Origin: Gemmatimonadales bacterium
Lineage (GTDB): Bacteria; Gemmatimonadota; Gemmatimonadetes; Gemmatimonadales; GWC2-71-9
Direction: 5' to 3'
DNA: 64,000 bases
Assembly: GCA_035602245.1 (NCBI GenBank)
Contig: DATNMO010000022.1
Coordinates: 5,836-69,835, forward strand
The translations under genes and the position numbers were made by a program. The stretch's first letter is position 1; each line of letters starts with the position of its first letter. Below, piece after piece: positions 1 through 9,834 of this stretch. The notes beneath the pieces were generated by a model. That model saw only the letters and a list, made by a program, of their open reading frames with translations. It was not told the DNA's origin and did no database searches.

Positions 1-109
1 GGTCGCCGACCAGCTCGGCGATCACCGCGCAGGTCTTGGTGCTGCCGAGGTCCAGGCCGGCAATGAGACTCCCCCCCCCTCCTCCGCGCCCTCCCCGGCG
101 ATCGGACAT
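1..109 (-). CDS. ftsA: Cell division protein FtsA, first 36 codons only (gene continues past the left edge)
   Basis: Own translation of the reverse strand from ATG at 109-107 gives MSDRRGGRGGGGGSLIAGLDLGSTKTCAVIAELVGD. 'AGLDLGSTKT' is the actin-fold phosphate-1 motif at the FtsA N-terminus. It directly follows ftsQ (TGATG 1-nt stop/start overlap). It is absent from the ORF track because it is truncated. Confidence 0.8.
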   Translation of the reverse strand, partial: MSDRRGGRGGGGGSLIAGLDLGSTKTCAVIAELVGD

Positions 110-861
110 CACGCGCTCCTCATCCCCCGGCGCCGCACCACCACCTGGCCCGCGTAGCGTCCGTCGAGCTCGCCATAAGAGCGCGCCTTCGCGGCCAGAT
201 CCCTCGCGACCAGCAGCACGGCCTGTATGACCTCCGGCCCCGCATTGCGCGCCAGCAGCACGCGATGAGCGCCCAACTCCAGGAGTACGTCGCGCATTTC
301 CCCAATCGGCCGCGCGGCATCGATGGTTTGAAACAATGCCGGATCGAACGCCTGGATCCGAGCCAGCACGCCAACCACACCACTGTCGGCGGCCTGTACG
401 ACCGGCAGATCGAGTCCGCCCCCCGCCCCCCCGGTTGCGTGGCTTGCGGGATCGAACGGCAGCGACCGGCCGTCCGCATCCACCACCGTGAGCGCACCCC
501 GCGCATTCGCCACCAACGCGACGGGCTCGATCTCTCGCACGATCACCTTCAATGATCCCGGCGGCCGCCGCGCCACCCTGGCGTCTGCCACGCCAGCCAT
601 CCCCCGAATCCGGTCGGCGAGGACGTTCGTGTCGTCGAACACGCTTGCCTGCGGCGCGAGTCGCAGCGCCCCCAGCACCGCGCCGGCATCGAGGTAACGG
701 ATGCCGACGAGCTCCACCTGCCGCACGCGGAAGAACGCCAAGCGCCGCAGCAACACGGGCGCCGCCGTCCACAGGGCGATGACCGCCAGCGCCGCGCCGC
801 CCCACACGAGGACGCGTCGCGAAGCCCGCGGCAGCCGAGGGAACCGCGGCAGCCATTTCAA
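109..861 (-). CDS. ftsQ: Cell division protein FtsQ (POTRA domain, single N-terminal TM helix)
   Basis: 250-aa ORF with TM segment VLVWGGAALAVIALWTAAPVLL followed by the POTRA-like FFRVRQVELVGIRYLDAGAVLGAL. It lies between murC and ftsA. The start codon at 861-859 is TTG, overlapping the murC stop as TTGA. Confidence 0.8.
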   Translation of the reverse strand: MKWLPRFPRLPRASRRVLVWGGAALAVIALWTAAPVLLRRLAFFRVRQVELVGIRYLDAGAVLGALRLAPQASVFDDTNVLADRIRGMAGVADARVARRPPGSLKVIVREIEPVALVANARGALTVVDADGRSLPFDPASHATGGAGGGLDLPVVQAADSGVVGVLARIQAFDPALFQTIDAARPIGEMRDVLLELGAHRVLLARNAGPEVIQAVLLVARDLAAKARSYGELDGRYAGQVVVRRRGMRSA

Positions 862-2270
862 GGAGCCATCCTCCTTTCCGCCTCGTCGCTCCCGAGCCGC
901 GCCAGCAGCTCGGGTCCGACACGCGTCACATCGCCGGCGCCGAGCGTGAACACGACATCGCCGCGACGCACCGCCCGAGCGACATGCGCCGTCAGTCCCG
1001 CGCGCTCCCGCACGCCCACGGTCGCCGCGCCCGCCCGCGTCGCGCCCCGCACCACGAGGTGATGCGTCACGCCCGCGACCGGCTGCTCGCGCGCGCCGTA
1101 GATCGGGGCGACCACCACCACATCCGCCGCGGCCAACGCCCTTCCCAACGCCTCGCCGTGCAGCGCGGTCCGCGAAAAGAGGTGCGGCTGAAACACGGCC
1201 ATCACGCGCCGGCCGGGGAACGCTTGCCGCGCCGCGGAGAGCGTCGCCGCCACCTCCGTCGGGTGGTGCGCGTAGTCGTCCACCACGGTCACGCCACCCG
1301 CTTCGCCCAGCCGCTCGAACCGCCGGCCCACACCGTGAAAATCCGCGAGCGCCCGGGCACCGGACGCAACATCTGCCCCAAGCGCGTGGAGCACGGCCAG
1401 CGCCGCGGTCGCGTTGCGCACGTTGTGCAGACCGGGGACCGCCAGCACCAACTCCACCGTGTGCCCGCCCGGCAACTCAATGGTCGCCCGCGTGCCACCG
1501 GGCTCGAGCTGCACGTTGTGAATCCGCACGTCGGCCGTGGCGCCAAGTCCTACACGCCAGACCGATCCTCTCCCGCCCTTGAGTCGCGTTGCCACGCGGT
1601 CCGCGCCGGCGTCGTCTGCCCCAACGATCACGCGCCGCGCCCGGCCAGCGAATTCCGTGAACGCATCTTCCAGAGCGTCCAGACTACCGTAGCACTCGAG
1701 GTGATCGGCCTCGACGTTGTTCACGACTGCGACGGTCGGCTGCAGTGCCAGGAAGGCCTTGTCGTACTCGTCGGCCTCCACCACGAAGAGCTGGTCGCCA
1801 CCAACCCGGGCGTTGCCACCCCAGGCAGCGACACGGCCGCCGGCGAGTCCCGTAGGATTTCGCCCGGCGGCCGTGAGTGCCTCCGTTACCATCACTGTGG
1901 TGGTCGTTTTGCCGTGCGTGCCCGCGACCGCCACGAGGCTCCCACCGGCAACCAACTCCCCCAACGCATCCGCCCGGCGAATAACCGGGAGGCCCAAGGC
2001 CCGGGCCCGCTCCAGTTCAGGGTGCTCCCGGGGGACGGCCGCCGTCACCACCACCGCCCGAGCTCCTTCGAGGTGACTCGGGTCGTGTCCCCGCCAAACA
2101 GGGATCTCCAAGGCTGCCAAATCGGCGGCGCCAGCCTCGGAAGGGTCGGAATCGCATCCAGTTATGGCTACTCCGAGGTGCCTAGCGATTAGGGCCAGGG
2201 CGCTCATCCCCGCCCCAGCTATGCCCATGAGGTGGATTGGGCGGGGATCCCCGGGTCGAAACAAGGTCAT
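858..2270 (-). CDS. murC: UDP-N-acetylmuramate--L-alanine ligase
   Basis: 470 aa. N-terminal IHLMGIAGAGMSALA Rossmann motif, Mur-ligase P-loop AGTHGKTTTT, dcw context. Confidence 0.95.
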   Translation of the reverse strand: MTLFRPGDPRPIHLMGIAGAGMSALALIARHLGVAITGCDSDPSEAGAADLAALEIPVWRGHDPSHLEGARAVVVTAAVPREHPELERARALGLPVIRRADALGELVAGGSLVAVAGTHGKTTTTVMVTEALTAAGRNPTGLAGGRVAAWGGNARVGGDQLFVVEADEYDKAFLALQPTVAVVNNVEADHLECYGSLDALEDAFTEFAGRARRVIVGADDAGADRVATRLKGGRGSVWRVGLGATADVRIHNVQLEPGGTRATIELPGGHTVELVLAVPGLHNVRNATAALAVLHALGADVASGARALADFHGVGRRFERLGEAGGVTVVDDYAHHPTEVAATLSAARQAFPGRRVMAVFQPHLFSRTALHGEALGRALAAADVVVVAPIYGAREQPVAGVTHHLVVRGATRAGAATVGVRERAGLTAHVARAVRRGDVVFTLGAGDVTRVGPELLARLGSDEAERRMAP

Positions 2271-2282
2271 CTGTGGGCAGCT

Positions 2283-2309
2283 AATATAGCGAATCTACGA
2301 AACTTGCAA
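2283..2309 (-). promoter_or_regulatory. Candidate sigma70-type promoter in the murG-murC gap
   Basis: This is the only clearly AT-rich spacer in the dcw cluster (2271-2314). The minus strand reads TTGCAA (2309-2304), a 15-nt spacer, then TATATT (2288-2283), 12 nt before the murC ATG. The spacer is shorter than optimal. Motif match only. Confidence 0.25.
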
Positions 2310-2314
2310 AAGCC

Positions 2315-3406
2315 TCAATCCCGTCCGACCAGTGTCAAAACATTTGACATGATGGCCCGGGCGGCGTGGGGGTGTCCCCGACCCCGGGCGGCGTGGGCGA
2401 GAGCTTCGAGTCGTGCGCGGTCGCGGGCGAGCGCAGTCACGGTGTGCCCGAGCGAGTCGGGTGAGAGATCCCGCTCGAGCAGCAGCGCGGCTGCACCCGC
2501 GGTGGCGAGCGCGCGCGCGTTGAACGTCTGATGATCCGCGGCGGCGCTCGGCAGCGGCACGAGCACGCTCGGCTTGCCCCAGGCGCACAGCTCGGCGACC
2601 GTCATCGCGCCCGCGCGCGCAACGACGAGATCGGCCGCGGCGTAGGCGGGCGCGATCGGATCGAAGAAGCCGCGCACGGTGACGCGGCCCGGCACGGCGA
2701 GCGGCGCGTACCGCGCCTCATGCGTCGCGCCCGTTCCCCACAGCACGTTGACTGCGTCGAGCAACCCGCGTTCGAGCGCGCCCGCGAGTGCCTCGTTGAG
2801 CGCACGCGCCCCCTGGCTGCCACCCACCACGAGAACCGTGGGCCTACCTGCGCCCGCGGCCAGATCGAACTCGGCACGCGCGGCCGCGGGGTCGACCTGC
2901 CCCGGAGGCGAAATGGGATTACCCAGAACGAAGACTTGGGTGCGGCCACCGGGCGTGATACGCGCGCGAGCCTCGGGAAAGCCGAGATGCACCTGGCGCG
3001 CGCGGCGCGCGAGCAGCCGCGTCGTAAGCCCCGGGAATGCATTCTGCTCCTGCAGCGCGGTGGGGATCCCGGCGCGCTGCGCGCGCCAGACGAGGGGACC
3101 CGCGGCGTAGCCGCCCGTGCCGATCACGATCGCCGGCCGCTCTGCGGCGAGGACCCGGCCTGCGGCGCGCCACGCCCGCACGGCAATGACGGGCCAGCGC
3201 AGATTTCGCCACCAGGAGTGGCGATACAGCGGCTCCATCGGCAGGAGATGAAACCGGAACGGATGGCGGGGAAGGATCTGCGCTTCTATGCCGCGCGCCG
3301 CGCCCACGAGCACCGGCTCGTGTCCCGCGTCCGCGGCCGCCCCGGCCAGCGCGAGGGCGGGCATAAGATGGCCGCCGGTGCCGCCGCCGGCGATGACGAT
3401 CTTCAC
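2315..3406 (-). CDS. murG: Lipid II synthase MurG (UDP-GlcNAc:lipid I GlcNAc transferase)
   Basis: C-terminal 363 aa of the 761-aa ORF-track entry. Begins VKIVIAGGGTGGHLMPALALA (MurG G-loop). The GTG at 3406-3404 overlaps the ftsW stop (GTGA). The upstream 398 aa of the ORF are Arg/Ala-rich and overlap ftsW in another frame. Confidence 0.93.
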   Translation of the reverse strand: MKIVIAGGGTGGHLMPALALAGAAADAGHEPVLVGAARGIEAQILPRHPFRFHLLPMEPLYRHSWWRNLRWPVIAVRAWRAAGRVLAAERPAIVIGTGGYAAGPLVWRAQRAGIPTALQEQNAFPGLTTRLLARRARQVHLGFPEARARITPGGRTQVFVLGNPISPPGQVDPAAARAEFDLAAGAGRPTVLVVGGSQGARALNEALAGALERGLLDAVNVLWGTGATHEARYAPLAVPGRVTVRGFFDPIAPAYAAADLVVARAGAMTVAELCAWGKPSVLVPLPSAAADHQTFNARALATAGAAALLLERDLSPDSLGHTVTALARDRARLEALAHAARGRGHPHAARAIMSNVLTLVGRD

Positions 3407-4506
3407 GCGCCGCGACGCGCGCGCCCGACGCTCGCCAGCACTCCGGTCGCCGCCAGGGCCACGATTAAGGACGAGCGTCCATACGACATGAACGGCAGGG
3501 TCACGCCGGTCGCGGGAATCACGGCGAGGGTTACGCCGATGTGCAGCACGACGCTGAGGCCGATCATGACCGTGATCCCGGTGGCGAGCAGCTGCCCGAA
3601 CGGATCGCGAGCGCTGCGCGCGATACGGAAGCCGAGCCAGAGAAACGTGCCGAACAGGAGCGCGATCGCGAGCACGCCGACGAACCCCCACTCCTCGCCG
3701 ATCGTCGAGAAGATGAAGTCCGAGTAGGCGTACGGCAGATAGCCGAGCTTTTGCTGGCCCTGCCCAAAGCCCGCCCCAAGGAGCTGCCCCGCCCCGATGC
3801 CGGTGAGCGACTGCTGCACCTGCCACGTGGCTTCGGTGGGCGCGGTGCCGGGATTGAGAAAGGTCAGCACGCGGGCGAGCCGGTATTGTGCCGTCGCAAC
3901 AGCGCCGTACAGCAGCGGCCCCGCGGCGACGCCCAACGCAAGGAAGTGTCCGATCCGCGCGCCGGCGGTGAAGAGGACCGTCCCCGCGAGGATCGCGACA
4001 AGCAGCGCCATGGACAGATGAGGCTCCAGGAAGATGAGCCCGATCAGCGGCACCAGGATCACGACGAACGGCAGGACGCCCCGCTTGAAGTCGCGGAGTT
4101 GGTCGCCCTTCTTCGCGGCAAGCATCGCGCACCACACGACGACGGCGAACTTGGCGAGCTCGGACGGTTGCAGCGTGAGCACGCCGAGGTTTAACCAGCG
4201 GCGCGCGCCGTTGATCGTGGGCGTGATGGGATGCGTGAACGGCAGCAGCGGAATGAGGAGGAGCACGGCGGTCACGCCCAGGAGCGGCCACGCCCAGCGG
4301 CGCCAGCGATGATAATCCGTGCGCGCGAATACAATCGCGAGCAGCCCGCCCACCACCGCGCCGACTGCCTGGCGCAGCGCGAAGCTCGCCCCGACCTGCC
4401 CCCCTGCCGTAGTCACGAGGCTCGACGCGCCGTACACGGCGGCGAGACCGAACACGACCAGCACCGCGGTGACCATCGCGAGCAGCCGGCCTTCCCAGGC
4501 CGTCAC
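3403..4506 (-). CDS. ftsW: SEDS-family peptidoglycan polymerase FtsW
   Basis: Multi-TM protein with the SEDS signature QQSLTGIGAGQLLGAGFGQGQQKLGYLPYAYSDFIFSTIGEEWGF. I place the start at GTG 4506-4504 (VTAWEGRLLAMVTAV...), which overlaps the murD stop as GTGA. The longer ORF (to 4872) would overlap murD by 370 nt. Confidence 0.9.
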   Translation of the reverse strand: MTAWEGRLLAMVTAVLVVFGLAAVYGASSLVTTAGGQVGASFALRQAVGAVVGGLLAIVFARTDYHRWRRWAWPLLGVTAVLLLIPLLPFTHPITPTINGARRWLNLGVLTLQPSELAKFAVVVWCAMLAAKKGDQLRDFKRGVLPFVVILVPLIGLIFLEPHLSMALLVAILAGTVLFTAGARIGHFLALGVAAGPLLYGAVATAQYRLARVLTFLNPGTAPTEATWQVQQSLTGIGAGQLLGAGFGQGQQKLGYLPYAYSDFIFSTIGEEWGFVGVLAIALLFGTFLWLGFRIARSARDPFGQLLATGITVMIGLSVVLHIGVTLAVIPATGVTLPFMSYGRSSLIVALAATGVLASVGRARRGA

Positions 4507-5855
4507 TGTGTCTCGACCAGCCGGCGGAATGTGGCCCCCCGCTCTTCGTAGTTCTTGAACATGTCGTAGCTCGAGCAGGCAGGGGACAGGAGCACGGCAT
4601 CCCCGGACTTCGCCGCGCGCCGCGCGCGGGCCATGACGTCCGCGAACGTCGTGGCGCGCTCGAGTTTGACCTTGTCGCCGAGATCTTTCTCCACGATCGG
4701 CCCGGCTTCTCCGTAGGCGATCACCAGGCGGCATTTGGTCAGGAGGGGAATCAGACCTCCATACGGTTCGCCCTTGTGCCGTCCCCCGAGGAGCAGGACA
4801 TACGGCCGATCCATCGCCGCGACGGCGACGGCGGTCGCCGCAATATTCGTTGCCTTGGAATCGTTGATCCACAGGACGCCGCCGACTTCGCGCACCGGCT
4901 CGAGGCGGTGCGGGAGCGCCTGAAACGACCGCAGCCCCTTGGCGATCAACGCCGGTGAAACGCCCGCCTCGCGCACCGCCAGCGCGGCGGCGAGCGCGTT
5001 GGCGACGTTGTGGTCCCCCAGCAGGTGCAGCTCGTCTCGACGCAGCAGCACCGTCCCCCCCAACCGCAGCACGCGGGCTGCCGTGTCGTACCAGGCGTCC
5101 GCGGATTTGGCGAGCGAGAACTGCACGCGCCGCCCGGGGACGCCGCGCGCGAGGTCCAGAACCAGCGGGTCGTCGGCGTTCAGGACCCAGACGTCATCGG
5201 CGCCGGCATTCCGGAACAGCAGCCGCTTGTCGGCGTAGTACGCGTCCGCCGATGGATACCGGTCGAGATGGTCGGGGGCGAGGTTCGTGAGGACGCCCAC
5301 GTCGGGGGCGAAATCCGGGCTGTCATGCAGCTGGAACGACGACACCTCGACGCTGAGCCATTCGTAGCGATCGTTCGTGAGGGCGACATCGGCCAGCGGG
5401 CGGCCGATATTGCCGGCCGCGGTGGCCTTGAGCCCGGCGGCGCTCAGGAGGTGCGCGATCAGCGCCGTCGTGGTCGTCTTCCCGTTCGTCCCCGTGGTCG
5501 CGATGCTCCGGGTGCGCTCGCCGAGCGCGCGAAAGCCCAGGTCCAGTTCGGAGACGATCTGGACGCCTGCCTCGCGGGCGGCGGTGAGCGGCGGCGCGTC
5601 GGGAGGAACACCGGGGGACACCACGACTCCGGCCGCGCTGCGAATCTTGGCGAGATCGTGACGACCGAGCTCGATCTCCACCCCGGGCAAATCTGCGAGC
5701 GCCGCGGCCGCGGCGCCGGCGTAGGGATGGTCGGATCCGTCACTCGCATACACGCGCACGCCTTCGCGCGCCAGCAGCCGCGCCGCCGCGACCCCGCTCT
5801 TTCCGAGACCCACCACCGCGACGACACCGCGCCGCCACGCGTCAGGCACGATCAT
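4503..5855 (-). CDS. murD: UDP-N-acetylmuramoylalanine--D-glutamate ligase
   Basis: MIVPDAWRRGVVAVVGLGKSGVAAARLL (Rossmann) and TGTNGKTTTT P-loop. ATG 5855-5853 overlaps the mraY stop (ATGA). Confidence 0.93.
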   Translation of the reverse strand: MIVPDAWRRGVVAVVGLGKSGVAAARLLAREGVRVYASDGSDHPYAGAAAAALADLPGVEIELGRHDLAKIRSAAGVVVSPGVPPDAPPLTAAREAGVQIVSELDLGFRALGERTRSIATTGTNGKTTTTALIAHLLSAAGLKATAAGNIGRPLADVALTNDRYEWLSVEVSSFQLHDSPDFAPDVGVLTNLAPDHLDRYPSADAYYADKRLLFRNAGADDVWVLNADDPLVLDLARGVPGRRVQFSLAKSADAWYDTAARVLRLGGTVLLRRDELHLLGDHNVANALAAALAVREAGVSPALIAKGLRSFQALPHRLEPVREVGGVLWINDSKATNIAATAVAVAAMDRPYVLLLGGRHKGEPYGGLIPLLTKCRLVIAYGEAGPIVEKDLGDKVKLERATTFADVMARARRAAKSGDAVLLSPACSSYDMFKNYEERGATFRRLVETQ

Positions 5856-6973
5856 CGCACCTTGAGCGTGGCCAGGGCGATCATCGCGCACAGCACCCCC
5901 AGGATATAGAACCGCATCACCACCTGCGGCTCCGCCCACCCCAACTTTTCGAAGTGGTGATGGAGCGGCGCCATGCGAAACACCTTGTGCGCGTCGGCGT
6001 ACTCTTTGCCATAGCGCCGCTTGCGCCAGCGGTACATCCCCGTCTGCATCAACACCGACACGGTCTCCGCCGCGAACACGCCGCCGGCGATCAGCAGCAG
6101 GAATTCAGTTCGCAGCAGGATCGCTACCGTGCCAAGCGCGCCGCCGATCGCGAGGGCACCGGTGTCGCCCATGAAGACCTGGGCGGGATGCGCGTTGAAC
6201 CAGAGGAAGCCGAGCGTCGCGCCCATGAGGGCGCCGCAAAAAATGGTGAGCTCCCCAGCCCCGGCGAGGTGAATCACGCCGAGATAACGGGCGGCGTCGA
6301 CGCGCCCGAAGAGATAGGCGAACACGGCGAACGCCCCGGCGACGATCACGGTCAGCCCCGCCGCAAGCCCGTCCAGCCCATCCGTCAAATTCACCGCGTT
6401 CGAGCTGGCGGTGATCACGAACGTCACGAACAGGAGGTAGGCCGGCCACGGCAGCACCAAGACGATGTACTTGAACAGCGGCAACTGCGTCGCGGACGCA
6501 TCCACGCTCGAGGTGAGCGGGAAGAGCAACAAGTACACCCCGAGCACGACCCCGAACGAGATCTGGCCCACGAGCTTCCAGCGGGCGACGAGGCCCTGCG
6601 ATTGGCCGCGCACGATCTTCAGGTAGTCGTCCACGAATCCGATCAGGCCCATCCACAGCGTCGCGACGACGGCGACGATCACGTAGCGGCTGTCGAGCCG
6701 TGCCCACAGCAGCGTCGGCACGACGGTGGCGAGAATGATGATGAGCCCGCCCATCGTCGGCGTGCCGCGCTTGCCGTGGTGGCTCGCCGGACCTTCGGCG
6801 CGCACGACCTGGCCGATCTTATGCTCGCGCAATTTGCGGATGATCCACGGCCCCACGATGAACGCGAGCAGGAGCGCCGTGACGGTCGCGCCCGCTGCCC
6901 GAAACGTGATGTAGTTGAAGAGATTGAAGAAGATGTGCTGGCGGGCGAGCGGCGCGAGCAGATGATACAGCAC
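5852..6973 (-). CDS. mraY: Phospho-N-acetylmuramoyl-pentapeptide transferase
   Basis: 373 aa, polytopic. Motifs NAVNLTDGLDGLA and FMGDTGALAIGGALG, C-terminal HHHFE. dcw position. Confidence 0.95.
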   Translation of the reverse strand: MLYHLLAPLARQHIFFNLFNYITFRAAGATVTALLLAFIVGPWIIRKLREHKIGQVVRAEGPASHHGKRGTPTMGGLIIILATVVPTLLWARLDSRYVIVAVVATLWMGLIGFVDDYLKIVRGQSQGLVARWKLVGQISFGVVLGVYLLLFPLTSSVDASATQLPLFKYIVLVLPWPAYLLFVTFVITASSNAVNLTDGLDGLAAGLTVIVAGAFAVFAYLFGRVDAARYLGVIHLAGAGELTIFCGALMGATLGFLWFNAHPAQVFMGDTGALAIGGALGTVAILLRTEFLLLIAGGVFAAETVSVLMQTGMYRWRKRRYGKEYADAHKVFRMAPLHHHFEKLGWAEPQVVMRFYILGVLCAMIALATLKVR

Positions 6974-6991
6974 GTAGTGTCTCTCCGCCCT

Positions 6992-8347
6992 TTAGGTGAG
7001 ATGCTGCAGCACCCGCTCCAAGGCGACGCCCCGCGATGCCTTGAGCAGGATGAGCTCATTCCCCCGCAGCGCCGACTTCAGCTTCGGGCCGAGCGCATCG
7101 GCGTCCGCCGCCGTGATCAACCGTCCGCCCAGCGCCTCTCGCTGGGTCTCGAATACCCGCGCGAAGCCGCCCACCGCCGCGACCAACGCGGGCTTGCGCT
7201 GCGTGATCTCGCGCGCGGCTTCGGCGTGCAATCTTGCACTTTCCGACCCCAACTCCAACATCGTGCCTACCACCACCACCAACGGCCGCCGCTGTCGCCG
7301 GGCGAGCCAGGCGGCCGTTTGCACGGCGCGCCGCAGCGATGCCGGATTGGCGTTGTAGGTGTCATCGATAACAAGGAGACCCCCAATCGGCCGCAACTCC
7401 CCCCGTCCCGCGGGGAGCTGCACGTCCGCCAGCGCCCGCACGGCCGCATTGTGCTCCACGCCCGCCCGCTGGGCGACGGCGAGGGCGATCTGCGCGTTCT
7501 CCAGCTGGTGGAGTCCCAGGACCGGGAGCGTGACCGTCTCTCCAGAATCGAGCGGCATCCGGGGGTGGCCGTCCTTGTCGAGGAACCGATCCAGCAGGGT
7601 GTCGTCGCGGCTCTTTCCGGGCAGGGCCGCCGGGATCACCTGCGCCCGGCGTCGCGCTTCCGGCCACAAGGCGTCCGGTCCTGAGCCGATCACCGCCACC
7701 GGCACACCGTCGAGCAGTGACAGCTTCTCCCGCATCACACCTTCCAGCGAGCCAAGGCCTTCCACGTGGGCGTAACCAATGTTCGTGATGACGGCGATCG
7801 TGGGCTCGATGATCTCGCGCAGCCGCGCGATCTCTCCCGGGACGCTGGCCCCGGCTTCAACGACGAGCGCCTCGGTGTCGTCGGGCGCCGCCAGGATCGT
7901 CAGCGGCACACCCACGAGGTTGTTGAGGTTGCCGCTCGTAGCGTGCACCCGGTACTTGGTCGAGAGGGCGGCGCGGATCATCTCTTTGGTGCTGGTCTTG
8001 CCGCTCGAGCCGGTGATCGCGACGACGGGACTTCCCTCGGGTAGCATGCGTCGGCGCGCGCGCGCGAGCTGACCCAGCGCCACCAGCGTGTCATCTACCT
8101 CGAAGAACGGCAGTCCCTCGATCGGCGGTGTGCCCTGCCGGACGACGGCGGCCGCGGCGCCCTGCGCCTTGGCCTGGGGCAGGAATGTGTGGGCGTCAAA
8201 GTTTGTGCCTTTCAGAGCGACAAACAGCGTGCCCGGAATCCGGTCCCGGGTGTCCGTGGAGACGCCGCTGAACTTGAGCCTCGCCGGCGCGGGTACGCCC
8301 AGCGCATCCGCGACCTCGGCGCTGGTCCACGTCCGTCCGCCCATCAC
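6992..8347 (-). CDS. murF: UDP-MurNAc-tripeptide--D-alanyl-D-alanine ligase
   Basis: 451 aa, P-loop ITGSSGKTSTKEM, Mur-ligase middle and C domains. The GTG start at 8347 overlaps the murE stop (GTGA); an ATG lies one codon downstream. Confidence 0.92.
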   Translation of the reverse strand: MMGGRTWTSAEVADALGVPAPARLKFSGVSTDTRDRIPGTLFVALKGTNFDAHTFLPQAKAQGAAAAVVRQGTPPIEGLPFFEVDDTLVALGQLARARRRMLPEGSPVVAITGSSGKTSTKEMIRAALSTKYRVHATSGNLNNLVGVPLTILAAPDDTEALVVEAGASVPGEIARLREIIEPTIAVITNIGYAHVEGLGSLEGVMREKLSLLDGVPVAVIGSGPDALWPEARRRAQVIPAALPGKSRDDTLLDRFLDKDGHPRMPLDSGETVTLPVLGLHQLENAQIALAVAQRAGVEHNAAVRALADVQLPAGRGELRPIGGLLVIDDTYNANPASLRRAVQTAAWLARRQRRPLVVVVGTMLELGSESARLHAEAAREITQRKPALVAAVGGFARVFETQREALGGRLITAADADALGPKLKSALRGNELILLKASRGVALERVLQHLT

Positions 8348-9834
8348 GCCGCCCCCAGCTCGCGGATGACCTCACGCTCGTCGAAGGGCTCCTTGGTGGT
8401 GCCGACGACCTGATACGTCTCGTGCCCCTTCCCCGCGAGCAGCACAGTATCACCCTGACGCACCAACTCGAGCGCCTGCGCGATCGCCGCGCGCCGGTCC
8501 GCCATGCGATAGTGCGGGCGCTTGCCCATCCCGGCCTCGACGTCGTCGAGAATGAGCTCGGGATCCTCGGTGCGCGGATTATCGGACGTGGCGATGGCCA
8601 CATCCGCGAGCCGCGCGGCGATCTCGCCCATTGGCGCGCGCTTGCCCCTGTCGCGGTCGCCACCCGCGCCGAACACGACGATCACGCGGCCCCCTGGTGG
8701 CGTGACCTCGCGCACCGTCTCGAGCGCACGCTCGAGCGCATCCGGCGTGTGCGCGTAATCGCGCAGCACGACGCACGGATCCACCGCGATGCGCTCCATG
8801 CGCCCCGGCACCTGAGGCGCCGTGGACAGCCGCTCGGCGACCTCAGCGGCGGGCACATCCAACCCCACCGCGCACGCGGCAACGCCGAGGGCATTGGTAA
8901 CGTTGAACCGGCCGAGCAGCGGAAGTGCGACCGGATGGCTTCCTCCCTTCCCCGCCCCACTCCCTGGCGTGACCAGCGTGAAGCGCGCGCCACTCGCATC
9001 CACCGTCACTCCCCGGGCGGTGACATCCCCCCGCTCCCCAAACGTAATTCGCCGCCGTGTGAGCGGCAGCTTCGCCCAGGCGGCATCATCTGCGTTGATC
9101 ACCGTGAGACCGTCAGCGGCGAGATAACTGACGAGCCGAGCTTTGGCGGCGAAGTAGGCGTCGAACGTCTGATGGTAGTCGAGATGGTCGCGGGTCAGGT
9201 TCGTGAAAATGGCAGCCCGGAAGAGCAGCCCGTCCACCCGCCCCTGATCGAGGCTGTGGGAGGAGACTTCCATCGCCACGCCCTGCGCGCCACGCTCCAC
9301 CAGGGCCGCGAGCGTCGCCTGCAGGTCGATGGGGCCGGGGGTCGTGAGGTTGCCGGCCTCGCTCTCGACGGAGCGGCCGCCGGGATCCATGCAGCCCAGC
9401 GTGCCGATCGCGCCCATCGGCCAGAGCACGCTCAAGACGTGGCGAGCGAGAACAACCGACGTGGTCTTGCCGTTGGTGCCGGTGACGCCCACGAGCTGCA
9501 GCCGGGCCGCGGGCCGTCCAAACCATGTCTCGGCGGCCACGGCGGCGGCGCGGCGCCCGTTGCGCACGACGATTTGCGGAATGGCGACGGGCTGCCGAGC
9601 CTCGACGAGAGCCGCGGCAGCCCCCCGCGCGGCCGCCTCGGCGATGAACCGGTGCCCGTCCAGCACGGCCCCCCGCACGGCGCAGAACAGCATGCCCCGT
9701 TCGAGCTTGCGCGCATCGGCCGTGAGACCGGTGATCGCGGGGAGGGCGTTCCCTGTGGACGCGGAGGGGCCCGCCTCGACCAGCAAGCCCGCGCGCGCAA
9801 GCGCGTCCACGACCGCGGTGAGGGACGATGTCAC
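8344..9834 (-). CDS. murE: UDP-MurNAc-L-Ala-D-Glu--2,6-diaminopimelate ligase
   Basis: 496 aa. GVTGTNGKTT P-loop. The SDNPRTEDP (DNPR) motif is typical of meso-DAP-adding MurE. The GTG start overlaps the ftsI stop (GTGA). Confidence 0.93.
   Translation of the reverse strand: MTSSLTAVVDALARAGLLVEAGPSASTGNALPAITGLTADARKLERGMLFCAVRGAVLDGHRFIAEAAARGAAAALVEARQPVAIPQIVVRNGRRAAAVAAETWFGRPAARLQLVGVTGTNGKTTSVVLARHVLSVLWPMGAIGTLGCMDPGGRSVESEAGNLTTPGPIDLQATLAALVERGAQGVAMEVSSHSLDQGRVDGLLFRAAIFTNLTRDHLDYHQTFDAYFAAKARLVSYLAADGLTVINADDAAWAKLPLTRRRITFGERGDVTARGVTVDASGARFTLVTPGSGAGKGGSHPVALPLLGRFNVTNALGVAACAVGLDVPAAEVAERLSTAPQVPGRMERIAVDPCVVLRDYAHTPDALERALETVREVTPPGGRVIVVFGAGGDRDRGKRAPMGEIAARLADVAIATSDNPRTEDPELILDDVEAGMGKRPHYRMADRRAAIAQALELVRQGDTVLLAGKGHETYQVVGTTKEPFDEREVIRELGAA

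Noticed and set aside
2315-4600. N-terminally extended minus-strand ORFs in the track: 'murG' 761 aa, 'cheD' 396 aa (18966-20156), 'mglB-like' 350 aa (24431-25483), 'tilS' 660 aa (51554-53536), 'permease' 522 aa (45955-47523), and 'ftsW', 'rluD', 'plsC', 'ftsB'
   Set aside because: The extensions overlap the upstream gene in another frame, are Arg/Ala/Pro-rich and lack motifs. An internal GTG/ATG that overlaps the upstream stop gives products of canonical length beginning at the expected conserved N-terminal motifs.
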